DNA of 54,194 bases from a virus (taxonomy: Duplodnaviria; Caudoviricetes): positions 1-54,194 of IMG/VR virus record IMGVR_UViG_3300005470_000003; one strand, given 5' to 3'. The position numbers and the translations under genes were made by a program. Below, piece after piece: positions 18,769 through 29,305 of the stretch. The notes beneath the pieces were generated by a model. It was not told the origin of the DNA. It worked only from the letters and a program-made list of their open reading frames with translations, and did no database searches. Positions within the stretch are counted from its first letter, which is position 1. Each line of letters begins with the position of its first letter.

Positions 18769-19251
18769 ATGAGTGAAGCTACTGATATTTTAAATAAATT
18801 GGATGAAAAGACTGTAGTGACTTTACAGAACTTGGTTAACGGGGCTGAATTAGTTCAACCAGGAATTAAATCCAAATCACAAAATGTCAAGGTAGATCTA
18901 AAAAGTCAAAATGAGTGGAAGGGTACTAAAAGTATTATATTTGTTGGTGAAGGGGAGAAGGATTATAAACCAAAGGTAAGATTTTATGGTGTTTCAGGAA
19001 AGCCAAATACAAAGAGAACTTCAGTCAGGGTTGATTGTAATTGTTCTTCTTATTACTTTTATTTCTCAATGGCCAATTTTAAGGCCGGGGCACATGAAGG
19101 TCCTAAAGATAAAGTTTATGTCCCTGTTCCAGATGATCAAAGAAAAAGAAAACCTGGTCCGCCAAAGAATCCTGATTCTATACCTGGTTTGTGCAAACAT
19201 TTGTATAGATTTGTCAATAATTTGATTGATTCGGGTTACGTTGACGATTGA
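18769..19251 (+). CDS. Leader-bearing SWIM-like zinc-finger protein
   Basis: VDCNC...NP...GLCKHL, with N-terminus MSEATDILNKLDE. Confidence 0.75.
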   Translation: MSEATDILNKLDEKTVVTLQNLVNGAELVQPGIKSKSQNVKVDLKSQNEWKGTKSIIFVGEGEKDYKPKVRFYGVSGKPNTKRTSVRVDCNCSSYYFYFSMANFKAGAHEGPKDKVYVPVPDDQRKRKPGPPKNPDSIPGLCKHLYRFVNNLIDSGYVDD

Positions 19252-19264
19252 ATTGGAATATCAT

Positions 19265-19492
19265 ATGAATGCAAAAAAGATAATAGACGAATTGAGCGAG
19301 TCTTGGGTTGGCAATGTATTAATCCCAACTTTACAGGATATAGCCGATTCCGGTGGTAATGTCTTAACTAGGGCTAAAGCAATGGATGCATTAGATGCTT
19401 ACAATGACAAAACATCAAAAAGTGTATATAAGTGGCTTGATTCTATAGATGATAAAGATTATTACAAATTTTATCACATGTGGCTAAAGTAA
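19265..19492 (+). CDS. Small leader-bearing protein
   Basis: MNAKKIIDELSES. Confidence 0.65.
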   Translation: MNAKKIIDELSESWVGNVLIPTLQDIADSGGNVLTRAKAMDALDAYNDKTSKSVYKWLDSIDDKDYYKFYHMWLK

Positions 19493-19524
19493 TGATGTAT
19501 AAATAAACTGTTTTTGATAATCAT

Positions 19525-20520
19525 GTGGTTTATTTAGTCTCATTCCCTAGAAGTGGTAGAAATTGGTTGTGTCTTTTACTGGATGTTTACAATGGTGGAC
19601 CTGTTTTCAATAACCGTTTAAATAATCCTGAAAATCCAGATGTATTAATGGATTTCAAAGGAAGATATGATCACGACCATAAAGCAAATAAAAATATTCC
19701 TGGTAGAATTTTGTATTTATATAGAAATCCAGTTGATGTAATATTTTCCATGTTAAATTATATGAATGTTTGGGTTAAACAAGATAAACTATTGACTAAT
19801 ACTGAACAACGTGTAGTAGCTTGGTCAAATAGATGGAAAAATCATATGAATAAATGGTATTATAATACACCTGATTCTTGTTCAGATAAATGCATTATTT
19901 CTTATGAAGATTTAGTTACCGATCCAACTGTTTGTAATTTTATTTGGCCGATTGATAAACCAGATTTAGAAGCCATTTCTAAAGGTGTATCAGAAAATTT
20001 AAAAATATCATTAGAGCAAGCAATTAATTATGTCTCATTGCGTTTACCCGATAGATGGGAACAGTTGAATGATAAGAATTTTAAAGATAAATCCGAAAAT
20101 AAAGCTATATTTTTATCTGTTGGTGATCATTATTCAGCATATATTAGGAAAAAAAATATAGATTTAATTGTAAATGATTCTTTTGTTAAAAAATATGCAT
20201 TAGATATAGTCAAAAATGTTGATGATTCAATGTTATTATCAATATTGAATTTGATTGGGGATTTTAATAATAGATTTGGTGCATCTATAAAAAGAAATCA
20301 CCTTGATAATTTTATTCGGAATGCATTTAATAATAAATTATATTCTGTTCTTGAACCATTTGTTAATTCTAAAGATTATTGGGTTCTTTCTGATGATGCT
20401 AAAAAATTGATAAAAAATTTTGGTGATTATATTGATATTGATTTACCTAAGAAATTTACTACATCATTTTGGATAGATATTTTCACCAAGGAAATGGAAA
20501 ATGATTTCATGTTTGATTAA
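19525..20520 (+). CDS. Sulfotransferase domain fused to an unrelated C-terminal region
   Basis: 5'PSB SFPRSGRNWL, 3'PB YRNPVDVIFS, and YEDL. Recognisable similarity ends near residue 135. Confidence 0.75.
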   Translation: MVYLVSFPRSGRNWLCLLLDVYNGGPVFNNRLNNPENPDVLMDFKGRYDHDHKANKNIPGRILYLYRNPVDVIFSMLNYMNVWVKQDKLLTNTEQRVVAWSNRWKNHMNKWYYNTPDSCSDKCIISYEDLVTDPTVCNFIWPIDKPDLEAISKGVSENLKISLEQAINYVSLRLPDRWEQLNDKNFKDKSENKAIFLSVGDHYSAYIRKKNIDLIVNDSFVKKYALDIVKNVDDSMLLSILNLIGDFNNRFGASIKRNHLDNFIRNAFNNKLYSVLEPFVNSKDYWVLSDDAKKLIKNFGDYIDIDLPKKFTTSFWIDIFTKEMENDFMFD

Positions 20521-20601
20521 AATTTATTATTTAATTACTATATTTTTTTATTCTTTAATTTATCGGTTCTATAATGAAATAGAATTCAAGTTGGGGGCTT
20601 T

Positions 20602-20802
20602 ATGGCAAATAGTAATCATTCAATTGAGAGTATGCTCGATAGATTAAAAAAAGAGTTAAAATTAATTAGGTCATCCAAAAAAATAAATAATATTTTAATC
20701 GGTTATTGTGCTGGTATGTCAGAAGATGAAATTTGTCATGCCTATGGTATTCTCAACGATCAGGTTGTGGAAATTTTAGATATGTATACTCAATATCTGT
20801 GA
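20602..20802 (+). CDS. Small possible helix-turn-helix protein
   Basis: GMSEDEICHAYGI pattern. Confidence 0.45.
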   Translation: MANSNHSIESMLDRLKKELKLIRSSKKINNILIGYCAGMSEDEICHAYGILNDQVVEILDMYTQYL

Positions 20803-20889
20803 TTTAAGTCTAATATTGTTAATTGTCACATAGGGATGTAAATTTATTGGTTTTTGTATATTTCAATTTTTAATTGCAATGGGGGTGTA

Positions 20890-21699
20890 ATGAACAAGGA
20901 TCTTATTAAAAGAGGAATTGAGAAAATAGGAGCCAATGTGGTCTTTACAAATTTGTCTCCCTTTCGTCGTGGAGAATTGGATTTCGATATTGATGTTGTC
21001 AGTGATAAAAAAGGTTCATTCTTTTCTTTTGGCGTTATAGATGAAAGCATTTTCGATGGTTTTACCGTTTTGGACATTAATCCGAAAGATCGCCATCTTC
21101 TTCTTATGAAAAAACGTCCTGTTCTTTCACGTGATGGAAAGAATGTTGTAGATGTATTGAAAGATCGTTTGCTTCTCGGTCATGATGAAAGGGATTGGTT
21201 TTGTGCTGCTGTTCCTGGAAATGTTTCTACTGTTCAACAAGCAAAGGATTCGCTTCGTCCTGATGTTGCCACCAAAAGCATTAAGAAGAGAGGAAAGCTG
21301 AAAAATCGTAATAAGAGGAGGAATAAAGGATTCATTCGACAAGGTGAATGGTTTTTTATTCCAGTCGATCTAGATATTGATGATAGTATTATCCATACAA
21401 ATGAACCTATTGTACGACAAGGTGGTGGCAAACCCCATATTGTTGAGGAAATTGTTCGTAGTGGAGGTAAATCTGTTTATGTTAACGGTGATCGTAAGAT
21501 CACTACTATTGAATATGATAAACTTCCTACTAGTAGTAAATTTATGTGGAGTCAAAGAGTTGAAGATGCTAAAGTGTATGGAAGGGGTGCTGTTCGTCAT
21601 CCCGATCATAAGACCGTTATGCTTAATAAATGGCACGAAATTGTGCCAAATACAGAAGATAAAACTACTATTCGTAGTAATCTTTCCTTCCTTGATTAA
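20890..21699 (+). CDS. Conserved hypothetical protein
   Basis: GHDERxWF, RQGEWFFIP, VRHPDH motifs. Confidence 0.75.
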   Translation: MNKDLIKRGIEKIGANVVFTNLSPFRRGELDFDIDVVSDKKGSFFSFGVIDESIFDGFTVLDINPKDRHLLLMKKRPVLSRDGKNVVDVLKDRLLLGHDERDWFCAAVPGNVSTVQQAKDSLRPDVATKSIKKRGKLKNRNKRRNKGFIRQGEWFFIPVDLDIDDSIIHTNEPIVRQGGGKPHIVEEIVRSGGKSVYVNGDRKITTIEYDKLPTSSKFMWSQRVEDAKVYGRGAVRHPDHKTVMLNKWHEIVPNTEDKTTIRSNLSFLD

Positions 21700-21909
21700 C
21701 TTAGTGAATAATAATATGTAATGGGTTGATAGTGGTTCCTTATCAAAATAAACGTTTTGGTGAAACTGTTTATTATTGTTCATCTACATCTATTGATATA
21801 TATCAAGGATGTCATTCTCCTACTGATATGAATGGACTTTTACAATAGATGGAACAGCAAAAGGAACTGACAAATCCTGGCAACAACAATTGAAAGATTT
21901 TGGTATGAT

Positions 21910-22338
21910 ATGATGCAAACTGCAAAACAAATAATAGATTTGTTTGAATCTTTTAAGGTTCCTGAGTACCATAAGATTCTATACAGGAATTCTAATTTTA
22001 AAATTGGTTCTGATGAGATCCTGATGCTTCATACATCTCCCAAAAAGAATTTGAAGTCTATAGTAAAGTCAGGTTTACGAGCAGGTACAGGTAAACCAGG
22101 TTCCGTTGGTTCCGCAGGTTCTACGGATCTATGGGCATGGAGTAATCCTCAGGAAGTAGTCAATGCTATAAAGTCGGGTAAGGAAATTGTAGTTATTTTT
22201 GCGGCTAAAGACGCAAGTGTTGTACGTCTTCCCAATACAAAAGCTTCCTTCATTAAAAAGGGAAGCATACCATCCGATAAGATTAGTTTTATTACAATTC
22301 CCAGAATAGGTGTGCAATGCGAACCGCACAAGAAATAA
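21910..22338 (+). CDS. Leader-bearing ADP-ribosyltransferase-fold (KptA/Tpt1-like) protein
   Basis: MQTAKQIIDLFES; LHTS...LKSIVKSGL; IPSDKI. Confidence 0.6.
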   Translation: MMQTAKQIIDLFESFKVPEYHKILYRNSNFKIGSDEILMLHTSPKKNLKSIVKSGLRAGTGKPGSVGSAGSTDLWAWSNPQEVVNAIKSGKEIVVIFAAKDASVVRLPNTKASFIKKGSIPSDKISFITIPRIGVQCEPHKK

Positions 22339-22922
22339 TAAATTTGTTTGAAGTTAAAATAGAACCATGTAGTATTAGTCCCAGGGGTTATTATACTGGT
22401 AAACCTTTGGAAAAAGGTGGAACTAGTATTCAAGGTAAAGCAGCCCATGGTGTCAGGTGGTTGTTTGGTAAAGGGTATATCGAATCGACCGATAAAGTGT
22501 TAGATTATGGGGCTGGTAAATATGGACGAAATGGCTTGTATCTAAGGGAACAAGGTTGTCAAGTATTTTGTTATGATCCTTTTAATGGTAAGTCAAACGC
22601 GGATGGTTGGAATGGGGTTTCCACAACCCCCCCAAAAACTCGGTTCGATATAGCCTTTACTTCCTTTGTACTTAATGTAGTCCCTTTGAAGGTAGAAAAA
22701 GATATTATTAGGGAAGTAAGTTCATTATCTAAGAAGTCATTTCATATTACAAGGAACACAGACATTTTTGATTCTGTTAAGAAAGCCTTGTTAAGGAGGG
22801 ATAAATTAGTAGGGGAATTTTTCACAAAGAATTTTGCTACTGGTTTTGAAAAGGACGCCTATGAGAATAACACATTAGATGATGAAACCATCATGGAGTT
22901 TTGTCTTTTAATGGTATTATGA
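22317..22922 (+). CDS. Leader-bearing class I SAM-dependent methyltransferase
   Basis: MRTAQEIINLFE; VLDYGAGKYG, YDPF, FVLNVV. Confidence 0.8.
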   Translation: MRTAQEIINLFEVKIEPCSISPRGYYTGKPLEKGGTSIQGKAAHGVRWLFGKGYIESTDKVLDYGAGKYGRNGLYLREQGCQVFCYDPFNGKSNADGWNGVSTTPPKTRFDIAFTSFVLNVVPLKVEKDIIREVSSLSKKSFHITRNTDIFDSVKKALLRRDKLVGEFFTKNFATGFEKDAYENNTLDDETIMEFCLLMVL

Positions 22923-23055
22923 TTTATAAATACGAAGGATGTACTATTTGGAGTAGTTGTTTTGGAGTAAGTACTTTAACAAAAAATTTGGTGTTAAATA
23001 TATGTCCATATTTTAAATTTAATGGCAGACCTTGCTGTATGAGAAAGGAAGAGAA

Positions 23056-23321
23056 ATGATAACAGCTAATGATGTTATAGAATCCATTTCAACTTCCAAA
23101 TACAAGTATGATAAGTAAACCGTAGCAAATATGGCTTGGTTATCTTTCCTAGTGTATCCTTATCATGGGGAATAGATCCAAAAGATATTTTAATTGATGT
23201 TAATTATGTAGCAAACAAGAACAATTACCGGTCTGGTGAGTTAAAGTTTTATAATGAATATGAGATTGTAACAAGACCTATGAAGGGAAAAGCTAAGATT
23301 GTGATGGTGTATGAACCATGA
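23056..23321 (+). pseudogene. Broken leader-bearing gene with ART-like C-terminal fragment
   Basis: Stub MITANDVIES... stops at 23118. Downstream fragment DILID...EYEIV resembles the ExE end of 47428. Confidence 0.45.
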
Positions 23322-23782
23322 AAATTTTCAATATAGGGATCAATAATTATTATCATACAGCATCAATTCATTTGAAAGAAATTCCTATTGGACTTTATTA
23401 TTTAAGTAATTTTGTAATGTGGATTTGTGATAAAGTTCCGGATGTTCCATTTCCAAAATTTATTCCTTGGAAAAGTCCAGAAGGTTGGATGTCCATGAGT
23501 GAATGGTTTGGAGATACACAACAATGGTTTCATGCTAATATATGCACACCAATGTTTTATTTTTCAAGTAAACATACTAAATCAGTTATAATTCCATTGC
23601 CCTATGAATATTTGAAGGAGTTGTTCCCGGATTATTTTTCAGATGATTCAGATTGGGATGACGAAGATATTTATTATAGGGAACTGACTAGAGAATTATC
23701 TATAATAAATACTAACGCGTTTAAACAACTTCAAAAGAAATTGGATTATAAATATGTTAAGCAGGTTTGTGATAATCAATAG
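23318..23782 (+). CDS. Hypothetical protein
   Basis: 154 aa ORF. Confidence 0.6.
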   Translation: MKIFNIGINNYYHTASIHLKEIPIGLYYLSNFVMWICDKVPDVPFPKFIPWKSPEGWMSMSEWFGDTQQWFHANICTPMFYFSSKHTKSVIIPLPYEYLKELFPDYFSDDSDWDDEDIYYRELTRELSIINTNAFKQLQKKLDYKYVKQVCDNQ

Positions 23783-23795
23783 GTGAAATAATAAA

Positions 23796-25277
23796 ATGAC
23801 AAACGCAAATGAAATAATTGATATATTTGAAAAAGTTTATGGTAAACTGGCTACCGTGTATACCAGGCGTAGACGTGACTTAACCCTCAAGAAAATAGAA
23901 CAGGAAGGATTTCGTGCTGGATCTGGTGCCATGTATGGTAAAGCTATTTATACCTGTTACGATTTCAGATCTCAACAACGTGAAGGAATGATAGAATCTT
24001 ATGGTCCATATATTGTTAAGTCTAAAGTAAATTTGGATAAGTTTTTTATTTGTGATCCGTGGGCTGCTAAAAAGGTGTATGGGAAGAAATATTATACATT
24101 GAGTGATCAAGCTGAGTATATATTGGGAAAGGATCTTTCAGAGGATGATTTTTTAGAACTTGTTGATTTGGAAAGCATGATAAAATCTGAAAAGGGTGGA
24201 TACACTTCTGAGGTGGCATTAAAACTTTCTCATTCTAAATTTAAAAAGATATGTAGGGGTTTAGTTTTTACTGGTAGACATGATGGTAGAGTGGCGGTTG
24301 TATATAACCAAGAAGCCATCACACCTATATCATATACTTACGCTCCTGAAGAATCATTTAAGTTAAAAGAAAATGAAATGGAATGGATTAGTGTAAAGAA
24401 TAAAGCATTAATAGCTAAAGCACTATCCATTCAGTTGGATGACATACAAAAGGCTACAAGTACTGAATTTCAACCTACTGAAGAGGTAGTCCAAAGTTTT
24501 ATAAAACGTAAAACTATGCTTCAAGACGTTGCTGAAGAAGTGATTATTTTTCTGGAAGGGTCAGATGATTATGTTATTACAGTAGGATATGGTGATTTGG
24601 TTTATAAAATTGTAAGTGAATTCATAGAAGAATATATCCGTACTCATTCTCGTACTGATAAGTTGAAAGAAGTCAAATGGACTAAAAAGACAGGTTGGCT
24701 TGAATTTGATTTATCAGCTTGGTATCCTAATTTGAAATCTATTAGGGGTAGACTTGATAATTACCATCCTGATATTTCAGCTGTATTTGATAACGAAAAG
24801 AAACTTGAGAATTTAGTAAACGGACCATGGCAGAATGTTTTGTTTCACGAATTCGAATATGGTTCTGGAAGTTATCATTCCGGTGCTTTCGATATCAGAC
24901 CTAAGTTTGGAACTAAAGGAAAAAAGTGGATAACGGATGTTCAGAAAGTTACGATTAGGCCATCCATTATTAAGTTGAGACCGTTGGTGAATAAATTTTT
25001 AAAGTCTTATAAGTATAATCCAAATCATTTTAAATTTGACCTACAGGCACGGTATCCTGAGGATGAATTTACTAAAATCGTAGTGAATGGTCTGAAAGAT
25101 TACTTTATAAAGTCTAATCAGGATGAAATTAAGGATTGTTGGAAGCTAAGTCCTTTTGCTATTAACGGTTTGGCTAGAATTCTAAATTTCTTATCATATG
25201 AATATGAAAAGGAGTTATCACCAGAAGTAATGGTGGATGTCATTAAGCAGACTTGGGACAATGCCCATCCTAAATAA
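23796..25277 (+). CDS. Leader-bearing protein with N-terminal PARP-like ADP-ribosyltransferase fold
   Basis: MTNANEIIDIFEK; EGFRAGSGAMYGKAIY; YGPYIVKSKV; GLVFTG...AVVYN. Confidence 0.65.
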   Translation: MTNANEIIDIFEKVYGKLATVYTRRRRDLTLKKIEQEGFRAGSGAMYGKAIYTCYDFRSQQREGMIESYGPYIVKSKVNLDKFFICDPWAAKKVYGKKYYTLSDQAEYILGKDLSEDDFLELVDLESMIKSEKGGYTSEVALKLSHSKFKKICRGLVFTGRHDGRVAVVYNQEAITPISYTYAPEESFKLKENEMEWISVKNKALIAKALSIQLDDIQKATSTEFQPTEEVVQSFIKRKTMLQDVAEEVIIFLEGSDDYVITVGYGDLVYKIVSEFIEEYIRTHSRTDKLKEVKWTKKTGWLEFDLSAWYPNLKSIRGRLDNYHPDISAVFDNEKKLENLVNGPWQNVLFHEFEYGSGSYHSGAFDIRPKFGTKGKKWITDVQKVTIRPSIIKLRPLVNKFLKSYKYNPNHFKFDLQARYPEDEFTKIVVNGLKDYFIKSNQDEIKDCWKLSPFAINGLARILNFLSYEYEKELSPEVMVDVIKQTWDNAHPK

Positions 25278-25305
25278 TTTATGAATAGAACAATTGGTGA
25301 TAACA

Positions 25306-25458
25306 ATGAAAGCAAAACAAATAGTTAAGGATTTATGGGAAGCATCTTATCCAGATAACATTGGATTTGAGGAAATGGTGAAATTTTATACTGCGGCTTC
25401 CAATAAACAGATAAAAGAAATAGAGATTGATGATTTCATAAGGAATTATAATGGATGA
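25306..25458 (+). CDS. Small or truncated leader-bearing protein
   Basis: Own translation MKAKQIVKDLWEASYPDNIGFEEMVKFY..., with GGTGA RBS. Confidence 0.55.
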   Translation: MKAKQIVKDLWEASYPDNIGFEEMVKFYTAASNKQIKEIEIDDFIRNYNG

Positions 25459-25631
25459 TAATATAAATAGTTTTGATCTATTAATTCATGCTGGTCTCAC
25501 TAAGACTGAAGCCATTAGTTTTAATCGTGTTGTAAACGATAATTTGCAAAATGATACTATAAATTTTTATTGTGAATTTGATAGTGAAAATGATATAGAT
25601 ATTGATTGATATTTTGAAATGAGGTGAAATT

Positions 25632-25769
25632 ATGATGAATGCAAGAAAAATAATAAATATTATTGATGAGGTCGATGATGTAATTAAAAAAGAAATCGTT
25701 AGCTCTTTTTCAGTTGATAAAGATATAGATAAACATGATGATAAAGATAATAAAAATGGTGACAATTGA
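25632..25769 (+). CDS. Small leader-bearing acidic peptide
   Basis: MMNARKIINIIDEV..., with GAGGTG RBS. Confidence 0.5.
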   Translation: MMNARKIINIIDEVDDVIKKEIVSSFSVDKDIDKHDDKDNKNGDN

Positions 25770-25979
25770 TTTAAAATTTTTTGAAAGGAGCTTTTAGTTG
25801 GCCAAACGTAAAAAATTAACATTGGAAATGAAGAAGGAATTAAGGAAGCAAGGAATTTGTTGGAAATGTGGCGAGAAATTGAATTCCAAGAAACACTTAG
25901 TGTGCGATAACTGCAAATAAATTGAGGATTAAAAATGTACCTCTAATGTAAAATCAAATTTAGATTAAGAGGTTTTATC

Positions 25980-26186
25980 ATGAATAGCGAATTTGATAAA
26001 TGGAGTAAAGATGCACTTACCATTATGAAAAATTTTAATGAAGAGAATAGTAAAGAGCATGAGAATATTATAAATATTATTAATTTATTGAGAAAATCTT
26101 TGAATAAAACTAATACTATTGTATTAATTTTTGGTGCTCTTATGATTTGTCTTATTTTATATGAAATTTATGAATTGTTTGGATAA
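25980..26186 (+). CDS. Small protein with C-terminal transmembrane helix
   Basis: IVLIFGALMICLILY segment. Confidence 0.6.
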   Translation: MNSEFDKWSKDALTIMKNFNEENSKEHENIINIINLLRKSLNKTNTIVLIFGALMICLILYEIYELFG

Positions 26187-26189
26187 TAA

Positions 26190-26501
26190 ATGCCTGGTGA
26201 CTTAAAAACTATAACAGCTTTACTTACTAGAACAACAGAGAGATTACAGAGGGAGGAAGAAAGAGATAACCCTGATATGAGGAATGTTCTTTTTTCCATA
26301 TCTACTGTAACTACTGCTGCTATTGGTATGGCATCTTCAATAGAAGATTTATATAAAAAATTATTCGATTTAGAGAAATCCCATGATAAAAGACTCTTAG
26401 ATTTATCGAAAAAAATTATTTATTTATCTGCTGTTATATCTATCGGTGGTGGTTCCATAGTATTAATTGGAAAATATCTAATGGGTGTGGTGTTCAAATG
26501 A
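26190..26501 (+). CDS. Coiled-coil protein with C-terminal transmembrane helix
   Basis: IIYLSAVISIGGGSIVLIG. Overlaps the start of the PAS gene. Confidence 0.65.
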   Translation: MPGDLKTITALLTRTTERLQREEERDNPDMRNVLFSISTVTTAAIGMASSIEDLYKKLFDLEKSHDKRLLDLSKKIIYLSAVISIGGGSIVLIGKYLMGVVFK

Positions 26502-28582
26502 AATTCTTTGACAACATTATTCAAAAATTTTTAATAGACCCCCTTTTTACGGAAATAAGGGATGGAGTTGAGCTATCAGGCTATGATAGTAAGCAAAAAT
26601 ATTTACAAGATAAAATAGATATTTTAGAACACAATCGAGATCAATTAATCTCAATGGCTAAAAAGATCGAAATATTAACAGATAAATTAGCCCTTAATAA
26701 AAATGATCTGCATTTTAGTGAACAGAAATACAAGGATCTTGTTGAACATAGTAAAGATATTATATTTTTGTTAAATGAGGATTGTTCGTTTTCTTATGTT
26801 TCTCCTGCATTATTAGACATATGTGGGTATGATCCTGAAGATTTGATTGGTAAACATCTACCAAAAGATTGGATTTCCAAAAAAGATTACAAAAATCTAA
26901 CACATAAATTACAATTATTAAGTAGTCGGGAATTGGATTATATTGTATTTGAATCTGAATTTAAATGTAAAGATGAGAAGATAATCTATATAGAATTGAC
27001 TGCGTTTTCCATTATTTCTAATATATTAAAGGGAATACAGGGAATTGTTAGAGATACTACTGAACAGAAGAACTATGAAAGGAAAATCTTAGATAATGAA
27101 ATTTTTTTAAATTCAATCATTAATAACATTCCGATACCTGTTTTTTTTAAAGATAATAATGGATATTACAATCTTACAAATAAAGCATTTGAAGATTTTG
27201 TTGGAAAGTCTAAAGAAGAATTACTAAAATGTACTCCTTATGATATTACAGAAGAAAAATTCGCTCAAATATATCATAAAGTAGATATGGAATTACTACA
27301 AGGACTTAAATACAAGAAATTTACAACACAATTTCAACATATATATGGGCAGTTATCTGATATAATTGTACATAGAGCTTCCCTTTGTAATACAGAAGGA
27401 GATTTTATTGGAAGTATTGGTGCAATACAGGATATCACAGAGTTGAAACAGATTGAATTAGCCCTTAGAGAAAGTGAAGAGAAATATAGAACATTGGTTG
27501 AAAATCTTCCTATTCCTATTTACAGGGTTACTCCTGGTCCGATAGGTAAATTTATTCATGTTAACGAAGCTCTCTGTAAATTATTTAGTCTTTCTAAGGA
27601 AGAATTACTAGAAACAAAAATTTGTAATTTTTATAAAGATCCAGATAGAAGAAAGGATTTTTCAGATACTTTAATAGAAAAGGGATGTGTTACTAATTTT
27701 GAAGAAGAATTAGTTTTACCAAATGGGTCAATGGTTAATGTTGTCATAAGTGCCCGAGCTATACAGGACAATGATCAAGTATACTTTGATTGTAGTTTAT
27801 TAGATGTAACTAGGGAATGTAGAATAAGGCAAAGATATAAACATTTATTTGATAATATGCTAGATGCGGTAGCAATATACAAGGTTGAAAATGATCAGTT
27901 TATTTTTGTAGATATAAATCAGACTGGTGAGAATTGGGATAATATTAAAAAAGAAGATATTATAGGTAGGGAAGTATCTGAAGTTTTCCCCGGTGTAGAA
28001 CAATTTGGGTTATTACCAGTATTACAAAAAGTATGGGAAACTGGTATACCAGAAAAGTTGGAAACCTCTCTTTATGATGATGGTAAGTATTGTGGGTGGA
28101 GAGAAAATATAGTTTATAAACTTCCACACCAGGAAATAGTGGCTATCTATTCTGATGAAACAGAACGAATGACAGCTCTACTTAAATTACAAAAAAATAA
28201 TCAAATATTAGAGAGTATTTTGGAAAGTCAAACTGATTGTATTGCTAGGTGTGATCTAAATAGAAAAATATTATATGCTAATAAAGCTTATTTAAGATTT
28301 TTCTGTGGAACAGAAGAAATGTCAAATGACTGTAGATGTTTACAAGATTTTTTAAATAGTGTATATCCTGAAGATTTACAAAAAGTTGAAAAAACCATGG
28401 AACAGTTGTTAAGGATTATACCACATCATCAAACCCTAGATTGTAGAGCTTTAGATCATAAAGGAAACGTAAAGTTTTTTCATTGGGAAGCTTATGGTAT
28501 ATTGGATGACAAAGGTAATGTAATAGAGATACAAGGGATAGGTAGAGACATATTAGACCAAGTGAGGAAGAGAATAAAATGA
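26498..28582 (+). CDS. Multi-PAS/PAC sensor protein (five PAS domains) with no kinase or output domain
   Basis: Repeated SEE/QKY linkers and RDTTE, QDITE, LDVT, DETE, GRDI PAC ends. No H-box, HATPase or GGDEF visible. Confidence 0.9.
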   Translation: MKFFDNIIQKFLIDPLFTEIRDGVELSGYDSKQKYLQDKIDILEHNRDQLISMAKKIEILTDKLALNKNDLHFSEQKYKDLVEHSKDIIFLLNEDCSFSYVSPALLDICGYDPEDLIGKHLPKDWISKKDYKNLTHKLQLLSSRELDYIVFESEFKCKDEKIIYIELTAFSIISNILKGIQGIVRDTTEQKNYERKILDNEIFLNSIINNIPIPVFFKDNNGYYNLTNKAFEDFVGKSKEELLKCTPYDITEEKFAQIYHKVDMELLQGLKYKKFTTQFQHIYGQLSDIIVHRASLCNTEGDFIGSIGAIQDITELKQIELALRESEEKYRTLVENLPIPIYRVTPGPIGKFIHVNEALCKLFSLSKEELLETKICNFYKDPDRRKDFSDTLIEKGCVTNFEEELVLPNGSMVNVVISARAIQDNDQVYFDCSLLDVTRECRIRQRYKHLFDNMLDAVAIYKVENDQFIFVDINQTGENWDNIKKEDIIGREVSEVFPGVEQFGLLPVLQKVWETGIPEKLETSLYDDGKYCGWRENIVYKLPHQEIVAIYSDETERMTALLKLQKNNQILESILESQTDCIARCDLNRKILYANKAYLRFFCGTEEMSNDCRCLQDFLNSVYPEDLQKVEKTMEQLLRIIPHHQTLDCRALDHKGNVKFFHWEAYGILDDKGNVIEIQGIGRDILDQVRKRIK

Positions 28583-28968
28583 ATAAAGTTTTAGTGGTAG
28601 ACGATGAACAACAATTATTAGATATTATCAAACAAATGTTGGAAAAACTTGGATATAAGGTATATACTGCTTTAACAGCTACACAAGCTTTAAAATTATG
28701 GAAAGAACACAATATAGGGATAATTCTATCTGATTTACAATTAAATACCGATATGGATGGGTTAAGTCTCTGTTCAAGAATTAGATCAGAAGATTTAAAA
28801 ACCATCATGATTGCTATAACAGGACTTATTGAACATTATACTCTAGATTTATGTTTAACTGTAGGTTTTAGAGATGTATTACCAAAACCGATCAGATTTG
28901 AAGATTTACGATCTACAATGGAATGTGCTATGATTCAAAGAGAAAGATGGGAATTGTTAAATTATTAA
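28579..28968 (+). CDS. Stand-alone response regulator receiver domain (CheY-like)
   Basis: VLVVDDE, ILSD, MDG, AITG and PKP all intact. Overlaps the PAS stop (ATGA). Confidence 0.92.
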   Translation: MNKVLVVDDEQQLLDIIKQMLEKLGYKVYTALTATQALKLWKEHNIGIILSDLQLNTDMDGLSLCSRIRSEDLKTIMIAITGLIEHYTLDLCLTVGFRDVLPKPIRFEDLRSTMECAMIQRERWELLNY

Positions 28969-28987
28969 TATTTAATGGAGATAAAAA

Positions 28988-29275
28988 ATGAGAACAACAA
29001 ATTGGATGAACCGTTTGCAGGGTTTGAACGAATCTTATTATCGTCAGGATAGTGAAGTCGATGAAAAATCTATAAATATAATTGATGAATCAGTTAAATC
29101 AATTGATATAATTAAAGAATTGATAGATACTTCTTGGGGCGGGGATAATGAATCGCAAGGGAAAGCAGTTCAATTGTTAAAAGGCTTAGCCTTTTCTGAT
29201 GAGGAGTCATCAAATAAATTTATGTCAGCTCTTGATAAATTTACGTCTGAACTGAATGCCGACGATTTTGTTTAG
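28988..29275 (+). CDS. Hypothetical protein with leader-like N-terminus
   Basis: MRTTNWMNRLQGLNES, with GGAG RBS. Confidence 0.6.
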   Translation: MRTTNWMNRLQGLNESYYRQDSEVDEKSINIIDESVKSIDIIKELIDTSWGGDNESQGKAVQLLKGLAFSDEESSNKFMSALDKFTSELNADDFV

Positions 29276-29299
29276 TCGATAACCCCATACCTAAGGGTA
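29275..29299 (+). repeat. Orphan copy of the upstream end (omegaRNA scaffold start) of IscB element 1
   Basis: GTCGATAACCCCATACCTAAGGGTA, 24/25 identical to 31117-31141. Confidence 0.8.
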
Positions 29300-29305
29300 A
29301 TAATT

